64,000 nucleotides of DNA, taken from NCBI GenBank assembly GCA_045128515.1, contig JBGVRO010000062.1, positions 4,776-68,775 on the forward strand, in the 5' to 3' direction. Both the position numbers and the translations under genes were made by a program. Positions 49,597 through 59,805 of the stretch are shown piece after piece (the stretch's first letter is position 1; each line of letters opens with the position of its first letter). The stretch comes from Eubacteriales bacterium (lineage in GTDB: Bacteria; Bacillota; Clostridia; Oscillospirales; CAG-272). The notes beneath the pieces are model-generated. The model was not told where the DNA came from. It made no database searches and saw only the letters and a program-made list of their open reading frames with translations.

Positions 49597-51198
49597 TTAG
49601 TTAGCGGGAACGAGCTCAACGGTAGCGTTATGAGTGCCCTCTTCCCAAGTAAGCTTAATGAAGTACTTACCTGCGGTCTCAACAACGATGTTGCCGGGCT
49701 CATCTGCGCCGTCCATAAGTCTTGCATAGTAACCGGAAGCGGTCTCACCGGTCTTCTCGTTAGCAACACCAACCTGAACGTTCCAAGCCTTACCCTGACG
49801 AAGCTTGAACTGATCATCGGTAGTGATGTCATATGCCTTAAGAGTCTGCCATACGTTCTTAGAAAGCTCTTCCATCTCAAGGTCTACCTTCCACTCAGTG
49901 CCGTTGATAGAACCGATTACGGACCAAGCTCTGAGCTCCTCATCAGTCATCTTGAAGAGGCCGTTGATAGTTTCGGTGTAAGTATTAAGAGCAAGCTGAA
50001 GGTCCTCGTCAGAGTTTGCATTCTTGGACTCACCGCCAAGAAGCTTAGCGATATCCCACCAAGAACCGTGGATATTGCCCTGAGGAATAGCGTACTGGTT
50101 CTGAAGCGCAAGAGCTGCAAGAGATGCGTTAGCCTTTACGTCAGGGTCGTTCTGAGCCTCAAGGTTAGAGGGACCCCACTGGAACTCGTTGTATCTATCA
50201 AGCTGGCACTCAGTGTTAGTAAGGTACTGAGCAAGCTTGTGGAGCATAGAGAGCTTCTGAGAGTCAGCCTGAGGCTTAACACCCATAAGCTTGTTACCGG
50301 AGAAGGAAGCAAGGTGATAGGACTCACCGTCAACAGTGAAGGAAGGAAGATCGGTTACACCAAAGTTCTCACCGAAAGCCTCTTCAGCAGTGTTAGCATT
50401 CCAGATACCGGTGATAACGATACCAGCCTTCTCGAATTCGCTAGAAGTGTTAACGTACTTCTCAGACTTAGTAACGATCTGCATACCCTTCATAGCAACG
50501 AGACCTGCTGCAGAATTGTAGGTATCCTTAACACCGGTGAACTTACCGTTCTCGTTCATAGTCCAGTTGTTAACACAGCCGGTAGCCATGAAGAAGGAAG
50601 CGGTGTACCAAGCGTTCTCAAGCTCGAAGCAAACATACTTGTCTGCAGCCTCACAATCAGCAACGATCTGTGCAAGATCGTCGGGATTGGTAACTACGCT
50701 GGTATCATAATACATGTAGTAACCGTTGTCAGAAGTAAGGGGGTACGCATAAAGAGTACCTGCAACGGATGCAGCGGAAACAGAAATAGCGTCGTTAGCA
50801 GCCTTAACGTTTGCGGTAGCCTGCTGACCGGGGATTGCAAGAGCATCAGCCTGAACAAGACGAGCGAGCTGGTCCTGTGCAAAGCAGTAGATGTCAGGAG
50901 CAAGTGCAACGTCGGCAAGAACCTGAGAAGCAGCGTCTGCCTCAGAAACGCCGGATACCTCGAAGGTATACTTAGCATCGTAATCGGGGTTTGCAGCAAG
51001 GAATTCAGCGATCTGTTCTTCAGCAAGTGCCTTTGCACCTTCCTTCTCAGATACCCAAACCTTTACAACCTCTTTCTTAGGGCCATTATTGCCCTGATCG
51101 CCCTGGTTGCCCTGGTTGCCGTTAGGCTTACATGCTACGAAGCAAGAAAGAAGCATAACGAGAACAAGAACGAGAGATAAGATCTTACTCATTTTCAT
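49597..51198 (-). CDS. maltodextrin/oligosaccharide-binding lipoprotein (MalE-like) with extra C-terminal beta-rich domain
   Basis: Lipobox LLSCFVAC and a family-1 SBP body. About 110 extra C-terminal aa (WSVIGSINGTEWKVDL...KLRQGKAWNVQVG...) resemble starch-binding-type modules. Confidence 0.8.
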   Translation of the reverse strand: MKMSKILSLVLVLVMLLSCFVACKPNGNQGNQGDQGNNGPKKEVVKVWVSEKEGAKALAEEQIAEFLAANPDYDAKYTFEVSGVSEADAASQVLADVALAPDIYCFAQDQLARLVQADALAIPGQQATANVKAANDAISVSAASVAGTLYAYPLTSDNGYYMYYDTSVVTNPDDLAQIVADCEAADKYVCFELENAWYTASFFMATGCVNNWTMNENGKFTGVKDTYNSAAGLVAMKGMQIVTKSEKYVNTSSEFEKAGIVITGIWNANTAEEAFGENFGVTDLPSFTVDGESYHLASFSGNKLMGVKPQADSQKLSMLHKLAQYLTNTECQLDRYNEFQWGPSNLEAQNDPDVKANASLAALALQNQYAIPQGNIHGSWWDIAKLLGGESKNANSDEDLQLALNTYTETINGLFKMTDEELRAWSVIGSINGTEWKVDLEMEELSKNVWQTLKAYDITTDDQFKLRQGKAWNVQVGVANEKTGETASGYYARLMDGADEPGNIVVETAGKYFIKLTWEEGTHNATVELVPAN

Positions 51199-51251
51199 TA
51201 GAGTAAATCCTCCTTTGATATAAAATTTTTATTGCGTTTTCGCGCATAGAG

Positions 51252-51280
51252 ATTATAACACTTTTATACATTTTTGTCAA
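51252..51280 (-). promoter_or_regulatory. consensus sigma-A promoter for the malE-like operon
   Basis: On the minus strand: TTGACA (51275..51280), 17 nt, TATAAT (51252..51257), preceded by TGt (extended -10). Confidence 0.7.
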
Positions 51281-51675
51281 CATCAAATGTCCGGTAATTG
51301 TTAAAATCAGCAAAATGCACAAATCACCCTGCGTTTTTTTAACATTCCGGCAAGGTGATTTGTTACTATTTTATAAAACTAATGTTAATCTAACGTTAGA
51401 GCAAAACAGCTTCGGGCGAGGTTACCATTGTAAGACCTTAAAGCGTGCCATTTTACTCCGCTTTAGACAGTATTTTATCCTCGATTCACAACGCACAGAT
51501 TCAGCACTACTATAAATAATTTAGGTAACGAAAATTTAGGCTCGATGAACCATGGTAGTAGTGAGCATTCCAAAAATCCAATGACGCAATTCAAACACAA
51601 ATTCAAAAGCCAAAGATCGACGATAAACATTAGTTTTGTTGTTTTTTTGTAGGTTTTTGTAAAGTTTTATTTACT

Positions 51676-53325
51676 TTATTTGAGAATTACACTGGTTTGA
51701 CCGTCGATAGTGAGCATAGTTCCTTCAAGGGTTGCTGCTCCTACTCCGACGTAATCGCAAATCTGTGAGGGGGTGTATCCATCAAGAGCCTTGCACTGAC
51801 TGAGGTCGATAGTAATAGACTCAATGGAGTTGTTGTGCATAATTACAAGGGACTCCTCTCCATACTCAACCAAAAATCCTGCGACGTTTTTATTATCAGT
51901 GGTAACGATGCTGTAATCACCGCGAGCAATAGCAGAATACTTATTACGCACAGAGATCAGCTTCGTGTAATGATTAAGCATGCTTGCCTCGTCCTGCAGC
52001 TGGGTCTGCACGTTGGTCAATATCTGACCGTGTGCCGGGTACGTCGTACCCTCGGGATCTTCAATGGTATCACCGTCGCCCCAAAGCATTGCAAGTCTAC
52101 GGTTAGCATCGGTGCTTGCTCCGCCTCTTGATCCTCTGATGCCAATTTCCTCTCCATAATAAATGAAGTGAGAGCCGGGAGAAAGAAGATAAAGATTAGC
52201 AAGCATCTTCATCTGTTCGGGATATGCAAACGCACCTGCAATTCTATCCTGGTCGTGATTTGAGAGGAACTGAATAGGCATACCGTTGGGATTCGCCGCC
52301 TGAACCTTTTCCTGATATCTTACAACGTAGCTAAGGAAAGCTCCGAGATCTCTTCCCTTTGCTGCGGTCGCAGCCGAGCTTTCAGGTCCGGACATAGCAA
52401 AATTGAAGCAATTCATAGCATCGTAATAGCTAAGGATCTCGCTTTCAGCAGACCAGCACTCACCTACGCAGTAAATATCGGGCGAATATGCTTTAAGCTC
52501 GCCCATATACCATTTCCAGAAATCAACCGATGCTTCGGTATCGCCATAATAAATGTACTTAACGGCATCAAATCTGAATCCGTCAACGCCAAGGTCGAGA
52601 TAATACTTTGCTACGTTAAGCATTTCCTGCTTGACTGCGGGATTATCGTAATTAAGCTCGGGCATTCCGCCTGTAAAGTTACATTCGTAATAATAGTTAC
52701 AACCGGATATCTTCTGATAGGTTCTGCCACCTACCTGCTCTCCGGCAGGAACGCAGGAGTAGTAATTGTAATACTTGTTAGAGGTATCACCGCTTCGTCT
52801 TGCCTTTCTGAACTCAACGAACCAGGGGTGACTGTCGGAGGTGTGATTGACAACAAGGTCGAGAATGACCTTAACGTTACGCTCGTGGCAAAGAGCAAGA
52901 AGCTCCTTAAGATCATCCTCTGTACCAAACTTCGGGTCTACCTTATAATAATCGGTGGTATCATACTTGTGATATGTAGGCGATACGAAGATGGGAGAAA
53001 GCCAGATTCCCTGTATACCAAGGTCGTTTCCGCTGTTTATATCACCGTCATTGAGATAATCGATACGGTTAATAATGCCCTTGAGATCGCCAATACCGTC
53101 TCCATTAGAGTCGGAGAATGAGCCGACGAATATCTGATAAAACGTTCTGTAATTATCGTCAATAGGGTCAACTACCTTTTCCGGCTTCTTGTTGAATAAT
53201 GAGCATGAAGCCATATTGAAGATCATTGTTATTAAAAGTAATATAGCCGCAGTAGAAACGGCAATAGCTCTTGCAATTCTCGGTGATCTTTTATTCTCAC
53301 CTATACATGTTTTTGTGTTATTCAT
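51676..53325 (-). CDS. GH13 alpha-amylase-family enzyme, lipoprotein-anchored
   Basis: GH13 regions VILDLVVNHTS, GVDGFRFDAVKYI, VGECW and FLSNHDQDR. N-terminal TM/lipobox NMASC. Confidence 0.85.
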   Translation of the reverse strand: MNNTKTCIGENKRSPRIARAIAVSTAAILLLITMIFNMASCSLFNKKPEKVVDPIDDNYRTFYQIFVGSFSDSNGDGIGDLKGIINRIDYLNDGDINSGNDLGIQGIWLSPIFVSPTYHKYDTTDYYKVDPKFGTEDDLKELLALCHERNVKVILDLVVNHTSDSHPWFVEFRKARRSGDTSNKYYNYYSCVPAGEQVGGRTYQKISGCNYYYECNFTGGMPELNYDNPAVKQEMLNVAKYYLDLGVDGFRFDAVKYIYYGDTEASVDFWKWYMGELKAYSPDIYCVGECWSAESEILSYYDAMNCFNFAMSGPESSAATAAKGRDLGAFLSYVVRYQEKVQAANPNGMPIQFLSNHDQDRIAGAFAYPEQMKMLANLYLLSPGSHFIYYGEEIGIRGSRGGASTDANRRLAMLWGDGDTIEDPEGTTYPAHGQILTNVQTQLQDEASMLNHYTKLISVRNKYSAIARGDYSIVTTDNKNVAGFLVEYGEESLVIMHNNSIESITIDLSQCKALDGYTPSQICDYVGVGAATLEGTMLTIDGQTSVILK

Positions 53326-53328
53326 TTT

Positions 53329-55281
53329 TTACTCCTTTACAGAATTAAGCATTGCATCGTCAACGCTTCCCCAAGCACCGCCGTTAGCCTTTACGTATAT
53401 GCCAACTACGATAGAATCACCCTCGGTGTAACTAAATTCAGGGATAAGCGAGGTGTGCCACTCATCATGGGCAGTAAAGCTTGCGTCTGCCTTATATACG
53501 ATTGCTCCGTTAATTTTTACGTAAATATAGGCTTCATAATCGGTACAATCTCCGCCCATAGTAGACATGGAGAATTTATACACGCCACTCTTAAGCCCCA
53601 AAATCTCTTGCTCGAGAGTAAACTCAACGGGATTTGAGGTATTGCCCCAGAAGTGATAGTGCTTCGTTCCGGTCAAACTATCGGTAACCTTGTCCATAAC
53701 CTTAAGCTCATCGAACTTATGAATGGCAGTAGCGTTCCAACCACCGCCTGTCGTATCATCCTCAAAGCTCCAATTCTCTACGTAGTTATATTCAACCATA
53801 GAAACGTAGCAGACTGCTTCCATTCCGCCCGCCGTGCCGAGAATCGTGTACTTGGCAGGACCGCTGTTTTTCATTTTATTATAATCAACGTTATGCCATA
53901 CAACGTCGACCTGCTGCTTCGAGTTGTCATTCATGATGGAATTTACCTTGCTCGGAAGGACTATCTTATCATTAAGATCTATGATAAGATTCGTATCCTC
54001 TATGGCATCGGGCTTTACCTTCACGGTATTGCCCTTTCTCACAAGGCCAAACACCTTAAGCGACTCGCGCGCCTTGCCGTTTTCATCAAAGAATGCCTGA
54101 TTGTCAACCGAGCATCCTCCGTACCATTGACCAGCGTCATCAGGATCGTACTCACCGGCATAGGATGATGCCCAACCTGAGCCGTATTTTTCCCATATCG
54201 CAGAGTTCTCCTCCCAGCTTTCTCCGCCAACCGAGATCCACGTTCCTTCCCAGTAGCAGATACCAATACAATTATTCATTTTATTGACAGCCGTGTCGGT
54301 CAGCTCTCTGATATGGTTTGCCTGTCCCTGCTCGGTAAAGGGATATTCCTTAACACCGTCGGTTCCTGTATTACCGTAAAAATCGGTATCCTCAAGAGTA
54401 TTAACGTATGCCGTCTCGATGATCATGGTCTTCTTGCCGTATTTATCCGCCACCTTATTAAGCACCGTTGCAAGATTTTCAAGCGTACCGTGCCATGCAG
54501 GGTAATAGGATGATGCAAATACGTCATAATCTACTTTATAATAATCGAGATTTGCGCTATAGCTCTCAAAATTAGTTACTTTTTCGGGGTTTGTAAAGTG
54601 AACGGCAACCAGAGCTTTTGGACAAACCTCGCGAACCGCCTTTGATCCGGCAGACATAAGCTTTGTTATCTTTGCCCAACCGCCAATCGCAGCGCTCGAT
54701 TCACCGCACATAGCTCCGTTTGTTTCGTTGCCTATCTGCACCATTCCGATGTCAACGCCTGCATCGACAAGCTCTTCAAGGCAATTCTTCGTATAATCGT
54801 AAAGCGCATCGCACTTTCTATCTATACTCATATACTCCCAATCCTTCGGAGCCATCTGCTTTGCAGGATCAGCCCAGAAGTCGGAGTAATGGAAGTTGAC
54901 GAGCAGCTTCATGCCGTATTTTGTGGCGCGCTTACCAACCTCGATAGCGTTCTCAAGATCGCAATTTCCGCCACCGTATCCGTTGCCTTCCTTATCAAAA
55001 GGATCGTTCCAAATGCGAACTCTGATATAATTAACTCCGTTTTCGCTGAGGATCTTATAGACGTCCTTTTCCTTTCCCTTATGGTCGTAATACTTTACGC
55101 CGCTCGCCTCAAGCGAAGGAACGCAGGATGCATCCATACCCATGATAAAATCCTTGGGCATGTTCTCAACCTTATCAACGTAAAGGGTCTTGGAGCTTTT
55201 GACCTTTTTACAGGATGCGAAACAAAGCAAAAGCATTACCGACAAAATTAAGAATATGAAGATTTTTGCGTATTTTTTCAT
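53329..55281 (-). CDS. GH53 arabinogalactan endo-beta-1,4-galactanase with C-terminal carbohydrate-binding region, lipoprotein
   Basis: FIMGMDASCVPSLEASGVKYYD...NYIRVRIWNDP...VQIGNETN... has the GH53 pattern. Lipobox CFASC. Start at 55281 (GGAG RBS). Confidence 0.8.
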   Translation of the reverse strand: MKKYAKIFIFLILSVMLLLCFASCKKVKSSKTLYVDKVENMPKDFIMGMDASCVPSLEASGVKYYDHKGKEKDVYKILSENGVNYIRVRIWNDPFDKEGNGYGGGNCDLENAIEVGKRATKYGMKLLVNFHYSDFWADPAKQMAPKDWEYMSIDRKCDALYDYTKNCLEELVDAGVDIGMVQIGNETNGAMCGESSAAIGGWAKITKLMSAGSKAVREVCPKALVAVHFTNPEKVTNFESYSANLDYYKVDYDVFASSYYPAWHGTLENLATVLNKVADKYGKKTMIIETAYVNTLEDTDFYGNTGTDGVKEYPFTEQGQANHIRELTDTAVNKMNNCIGICYWEGTWISVGGESWEENSAIWEKYGSGWASSYAGEYDPDDAGQWYGGCSVDNQAFFDENGKARESLKVFGLVRKGNTVKVKPDAIEDTNLIIDLNDKIVLPSKVNSIMNDNSKQQVDVVWHNVDYNKMKNSGPAKYTILGTAGGMEAVCYVSMVEYNYVENWSFEDDTTGGGWNATAIHKFDELKVMDKVTDSLTGTKHYHFWGNTSNPVEFTLEQEILGLKSGVYKFSMSTMGGDCTDYEAYIYVKINGAIVYKADASFTAHDEWHTSLIPEFSYTEGDSIVVGIYVKANGGAWGSVDDAMLNSVKE

Positions 55282-55848
55282 AAGCAACTCCATTCTACTG
55301 TTAGATCAGATGTATAACGTATTATTTGCGTATTAAAATTGTAACACTTTTGTTCAAAAAAATCAATAACACATTCTTACCAAAAATTAGATGTTAGTTT
55401 TGTTAGATATATCCATAAAGAAAAATAAAAGCGAGTTAGATTTAAAGCCAAGTGGCTGGACAAAAATCACAAAAAGCATTTTTTGTTTTTTCAAAAAAGA
55501 TAGGATTTTTTTGTGTTAAAATGCGTATTTTGACTATTATACTTTACATTTTGTCTGATTATCATACCATTTTTAGGACCGCAGCATTTTGATTCGCCAA
55601 AATATCTTTTCACATTTTTTGTTTGACGTTAATCTTGGATTTGACACAGCAGGATATAAATTTGTGTTTTTTGTGCATTTTAGATAAAATTCGGTTTTAT
55701 TTTTATTTATTTTTTTCTTTTTTTATTTCCAATAAAGAGTTGATTTTATCTATTAATTATGTTAAAATGTATTCGGTATAGTTTTGCTATTAATATTAAT
55801 TGTATATTTTAGGCTCTTTTATCGAGCCACAGAGCAAAGGAACGCGCA

Positions 55849-56619
55849 ATGATCTACGATTTACAAAAAGCTGATATATGGAAGCGCGCATCAGCAGCGC
55901 TGCTTGATTTTATACTTACCGTTATACTTGCCACCGGTTTTGTTTTTGTTCTTTCACTTATAGTGGGATTTCAGGGATATTCCGATCAGTACGAAGCCCG
56001 TCAGGATGTATTTGAAAGCAAGTACGGTGTTAACTTTGATGAAATAGATACTATTGAGAAATACGAGGCTCTCCCCGAGGAACAAAAAGCAATATTTGAC
56101 GTTGCCTTTGGAGAGTTTGCTAAAGATGATGAGGCAATATACCTTTACAACATGCTTTTCAATCTCACCATTCTCACGATCTCCATCGGTATTCTTCTTG
56201 CTTTCGCGGTGCTTGAGTTCATCGTTCCGCTTCTTTTGAAGAATGGACAAACCATCGGTAAAAAGGTGTTCGGTATTGCGGTTATGCGCCTTGATCACGT
56301 GAAGGTAACAGCACCCTTCATCTTTACCAGAAATATTCTCGGTAAATATACCGTAGAAACTATGATTCCCGTTCTTCTCATTATCTTGATCGTGTTTAAT
56401 CTTGTTGGAGTTATGGGTCCGGTTGTTATTCTTTTGGTCCTCCTCAGCAATATCATTATGATGATCGCAACGAAAACCAACTCCGGTATTCACGATATGC
56501 TTGCCAGCACGGTTGTTGTTGACCTTGCAAGCCAGATGATATTCGACAGTCCCGAGGCTGTGCTTGAATACAAGACAAAGATCCACGAAGAAGAAGTTAA
56601 GCAAGCAAAATATTTCTAA
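55849..56619 (+). CDS. RDD-family membrane protein
   Basis: WKRASAALLDFILTVILA plus ...GQTIGKKVFGIAVMRLD... RDD-domain pattern. 3-4 TMs. Confidence 0.65.
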   Translation: MIYDLQKADIWKRASAALLDFILTVILATGFVFVLSLIVGFQGYSDQYEARQDVFESKYGVNFDEIDTIEKYEALPEEQKAIFDVAFGEFAKDDEAIYLYNMLFNLTILTISIGILLAFAVLEFIVPLLLKNGQTIGKKVFGIAVMRLDHVKVTAPFIFTRNILGKYTVETMIPVLLIILIVFNLVGVMGPVVILLVLLSNIIMMIATKTNSGIHDMLASTVVVDLASQMIFDSPEAVLEYKTKIHEEEVKQAKYF

Positions 56620-56734
56620 TTTAATACCTTAAGTAATTCAGAACTTTATCCGGCAAATATCCTATCTTATTTTTCATCTCGCGTTATCCCCTTTGGGTTA
56701 CGATATTTATTTTTTCTTAAAGAAAGGAAGATAT

Positions 56735-57835
56735 ATGAAAGTCGAATTGCAAAATCTCACCAAAATCTTCCCCAGCAGAAACAAGAAGTCCGGTGAAGAA
56801 GTAAAGGCGGTTAACAACTTTACCTTTACTATTCCTGACGGCCAGCTCGTTGGTCTTCTCGGTCCTTCCGGTTGCGGTAAGTCCACCACTCTTTATATGA
56901 TTAGTGGTCTTCAGCAGCCCTCTGGCGGAAAAATTCTCTTCGGAGATGACGACGTAACTGATTTACCTGCTGAGAGCAGAGGCGTTGGTCTGGTGTTCCA
57001 GAACTATGCGCTCTACCCCCACATGACGGTAAAGCAGAACATCCTTTTCCCCTTGCAGAACCTTAAGGGTCCTGATAAGATGACAAAGGAAGCTATGCTC
57101 GAGAGAGCATACGAGGCAGCAAGACTTGTACAGATCGACGAGCTTATGGACAGAAAGCCCAGCGAGCTTTCCGGCGGTCAGCAGCAGAGAGTTGCTATTG
57201 CCAGAGCGCTTGTTAAGATGCCCAGAGTTCTCCTTCTCGACGAGCCCCTCTCCAACCTTGACGCACGTCTGCGTCTTCAGACCCGTGAGGAGATCAGAAG
57301 AATTCAGAGAGAGACCAAGATCACTACCGTATTCGTAACACACGACCAGGAAGAGGCTATGTCCATCTCCGATATGATCGTTGTAATGAAGCTCGGTGTT
57401 GTTCAGCAGGTTGGTAAGCCCCAGGAGGTTTATGACAACCCTGTTAACCTCTTTGTTGCAAAGTTCCTCGGTACTCCTCCCATCAACGTATTTGAAGGTA
57501 GAGTTGTTGGCGAGAAGCTTTACATTGGTCAGACCGCAGTTCTCGACACTCCCGGTGTGGCAGACCGTGAGGTATTCATCGGTATCCGTCCCGAGGCATT
57601 TATCCTTGACGAGAACGGTCCTCTTACCTGTCAGGTTAGTGGCGTTGAGGTAATGGGTCGTGACGTAAGCATCGTTTCCACAAACGAGAATTCTATCAAC
57701 CCTGTTATTCGTTCTATCATCAACTCGGATGCCAACATCAACCCAGCGGCTACCGAGGTTAGCTATTCTCTTAAGCCTCACAAGGTATTTATCTTCGACA
57801 AGGAAACCGAAGAAAGAATTTACTTCGAGGTGTAA
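56735..57835 (+). CDS. sugar ABC transporter ATP-binding protein (MsmX/UgpC type)
   Basis: GPSGCGKST, LSGGQQQRVAIARA and LLLDEPLSNLD. ATG at 56735 with RBS AAAGGAAG. Confidence 0.9.
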   Translation: MKVELQNLTKIFPSRNKKSGEEVKAVNNFTFTIPDGQLVGLLGPSGCGKSTTLYMISGLQQPSGGKILFGDDDVTDLPAESRGVGLVFQNYALYPHMTVKQNILFPLQNLKGPDKMTKEAMLERAYEAARLVQIDELMDRKPSELSGGQQQRVAIARALVKMPRVLLLDEPLSNLDARLRLQTREEIRRIQRETKITTVFVTHDQEEAMSISDMIVVMKLGVVQQVGKPQEVYDNPVNLFVAKFLGTPPINVFEGRVVGEKLYIGQTAVLDTPGVADREVFIGIRPEAFILDENGPLTCQVSGVEVMGRDVSIVSTNENSINPVIRSIINSDANINPAATEVSYSLKPHKVFIFDKETEERIYFEV

Positions 57836-57838
57836 GCT

Positions 57839-58840
57839 ATGGCAAATGAATCTAGTGCTACCAAATCTTATTTTTGGTACAATTTAGGAAAAAAAGCAAA
57901 CGCATTTGCTAAAAAGGTCAAGTTTGACCAGTGGAAGGGCTGGGTTTATCTCGCTCCTGCAATCGTTCTGCTTATGATATTCACCGTTTGGCCTATTTTC
58001 AACACCGTTCGTATGTCTCTCCTCGAGGGCTACACCACTATGAAAGAGGTTAACGGCGCAATATTCAAGGTTGGTATTGGCAACTTCAAGAGAGTTCTTG
58101 ATTACCCCGGTTTCATCACTTGCTTGAAGAACACCATGCTTCTGACTGTTCTTACAGTTCCGATTTCCACATTCCTTGCACTTCTTATTGCAGTTTGTCT
58201 TAACTCTATCAAGGCTCTTTCCAGAACCCTTCAGACAATCTTCTTCCTCCCCTACGTTACCAACTCCATCGCGATAGGCATGGTATTCGCTGCAATGTTC
58301 AATATGATCATCGGCGGTAGCGATCGTCCCGACTCTGTTGGTATCGTAAACAACGTGCTTGAGGCTCTCGGCTTTGAATACGTTAACTGGATGAACGCAG
58401 GCTCGGAGTACTGGGCAAACATTGTCGTTATGACGGTTTACATCGTATGGAACGCTCTTCCCTTCAAGATCCTCATCCTTCTCGGCGGTCTTCAGTCTGT
58501 AAACAAGCAGTACTATGACGCAGCTAAGGTTGACGGTACAAGCAGAGCAAGAGTATTCACAAGAATTACCGTTCCGCTTCTCTCTCCCATGATCGCATAC
58601 GTTGTTATCACCGGCTTTATCGGTGGATTCAAGGAGTACTCCTCCATCGTCGGCGTATTCGGTGAGAGCATGGGTCCTGTTGGAAACGACAAGGCGCTTG
58701 ACACCATGGTAGGATTTATCTACCGTGCTATCGGTAACCAGGAGGGTACTGCATCCGCTGCGGCTCTTATCCTGTTCGCCATTATCTTTGTTGTTACGAT
58801 GATTAACCTCTACGTAAGCAAAAAGAAGACTCATTATTAA
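57839..58840 (+). CDS. sugar ABC permease
   Basis: EAA loop YYDAAKVDGTSRARVFTRITVP. 6 TMs. Confidence 0.85.
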   Translation: MANESSATKSYFWYNLGKKANAFAKKVKFDQWKGWVYLAPAIVLLMIFTVWPIFNTVRMSLLEGYTTMKEVNGAIFKVGIGNFKRVLDYPGFITCLKNTMLLTVLTVPISTFLALLIAVCLNSIKALSRTLQTIFFLPYVTNSIAIGMVFAAMFNMIIGGSDRPDSVGIVNNVLEALGFEYVNWMNAGSEYWANIVVMTVYIVWNALPFKILILLGGLQSVNKQYYDAAKVDGTSRARVFTRITVPLLSPMIAYVVITGFIGGFKEYSSIVGVFGESMGPVGNDKALDTMVGFIYRAIGNQEGTASAAALILFAIIFVVTMINLYVSKKKTHY

Positions 58841-58852
58841 GGAGGTGCCGAA

Positions 58853-59746
58853 ATGTCTGAAATCAAAGTTATGAAACAGAAGGATATGCAGCAGGTAACG
58901 GCACAGCAGAGAGTTGTTAAGGTTGTTGTAAGAGCAATAACATACGCTTTCCTTCTCCTGATGGCACTTATTATCATCTTCCCCTTCTATTGGATGATCA
59001 TTTCATCTCTTAAGACTGTTGAAGAGTACAGACTTGCCATCCCCACACTTTTCCCCAAGTATATTGACTGGAGAAACTACATTCAGGTATTCACTAACGA
59101 AGACCTTCTTCTTGGTCGTCTGTTTGCGAACACTCTTTACGTTGGTGTTGTTTCTACTATTCTTTCGCTTGTTATCACCGTTCTCTCGGCGTTTGCATTC
59201 GCACGTCTTGAGTTCAAGGGCAAGAACGCGCTCTTTGCATTCCTTCTTGCAACCATGATGATCCCCGGCGAGTTGTTCACTATCACCAACTTCCAGACAG
59301 TATATAACTTCGGTTGGAGAAACACCTTCACCGTACTTATCGTTCCCTTCCTGGTAAGTGTATTCTACATCTACCTCCTCCGTCAGAACTTCCTTCAGAT
59401 CCCCAACGAGCTTTACCTCGCGGCGAAGGTTGACGGAACCAACGACCTTAAATATCTTTGGAAGGTTATGATCCCCCTTTCACTCCCCAACCTTATTTCC
59501 ATTACCATTCTTAAGATGATGGGCTCCTGGAACTCTTACATGTGGCCCAGACTCGTTGCAAACGATGCAGCGCACAGACTTATTACAAACGGTCTTCGTA
59601 CAGCCTTCACCGACGCGTCGGGTAACACCGATATTCCCGTACAGATGGCTGCGGTTGCGCTTGTATCTCTCCCTCTCTTCCTCGTATTCGTATTCCTTCG
59701 TAAGTACATTATGAAGGGCGTATCGAGAAGCGGTATTAAGGGTTAA
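58853..59746 (+). CDS. sugar ABC permease
   Basis: EAA loop LYLAAKVDGTNDLKYLWKVMIP. 6 TMs. Confidence 0.85.
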   Translation: MSEIKVMKQKDMQQVTAQQRVVKVVVRAITYAFLLLMALIIIFPFYWMIISSLKTVEEYRLAIPTLFPKYIDWRNYIQVFTNEDLLLGRLFANTLYVGVVSTILSLVITVLSAFAFARLEFKGKNALFAFLLATMMIPGELFTITNFQTVYNFGWRNTFTVLIVPFLVSVFYIYLLRQNFLQIPNELYLAAKVDGTNDLKYLWKVMIPLSLPNLISITILKMMGSWNSYMWPRLVANDAAHRLITNGLRTAFTDASGNTDIPVQMAAVALVSLPLFLVFVFLRKYIMKGVSRSGIKG

Positions 59747-59805
59747 TCTGTGTGTCAAAAGGACATACTATTAATAAAAAAATAAAAGAAAAGGATGAAA
59801 ACACA

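Noticed and set aside
55294-55848. Regulatory elements in the 555-bp AT-rich divergent region between GH53 and the RDD gene
   Set aside because: A TTGATT-17-TACAAT candidate exists for GH53. I could not find a convincing + strand promoter, cre box or operator, and the sequence is too AT-rich to discriminate by eye.
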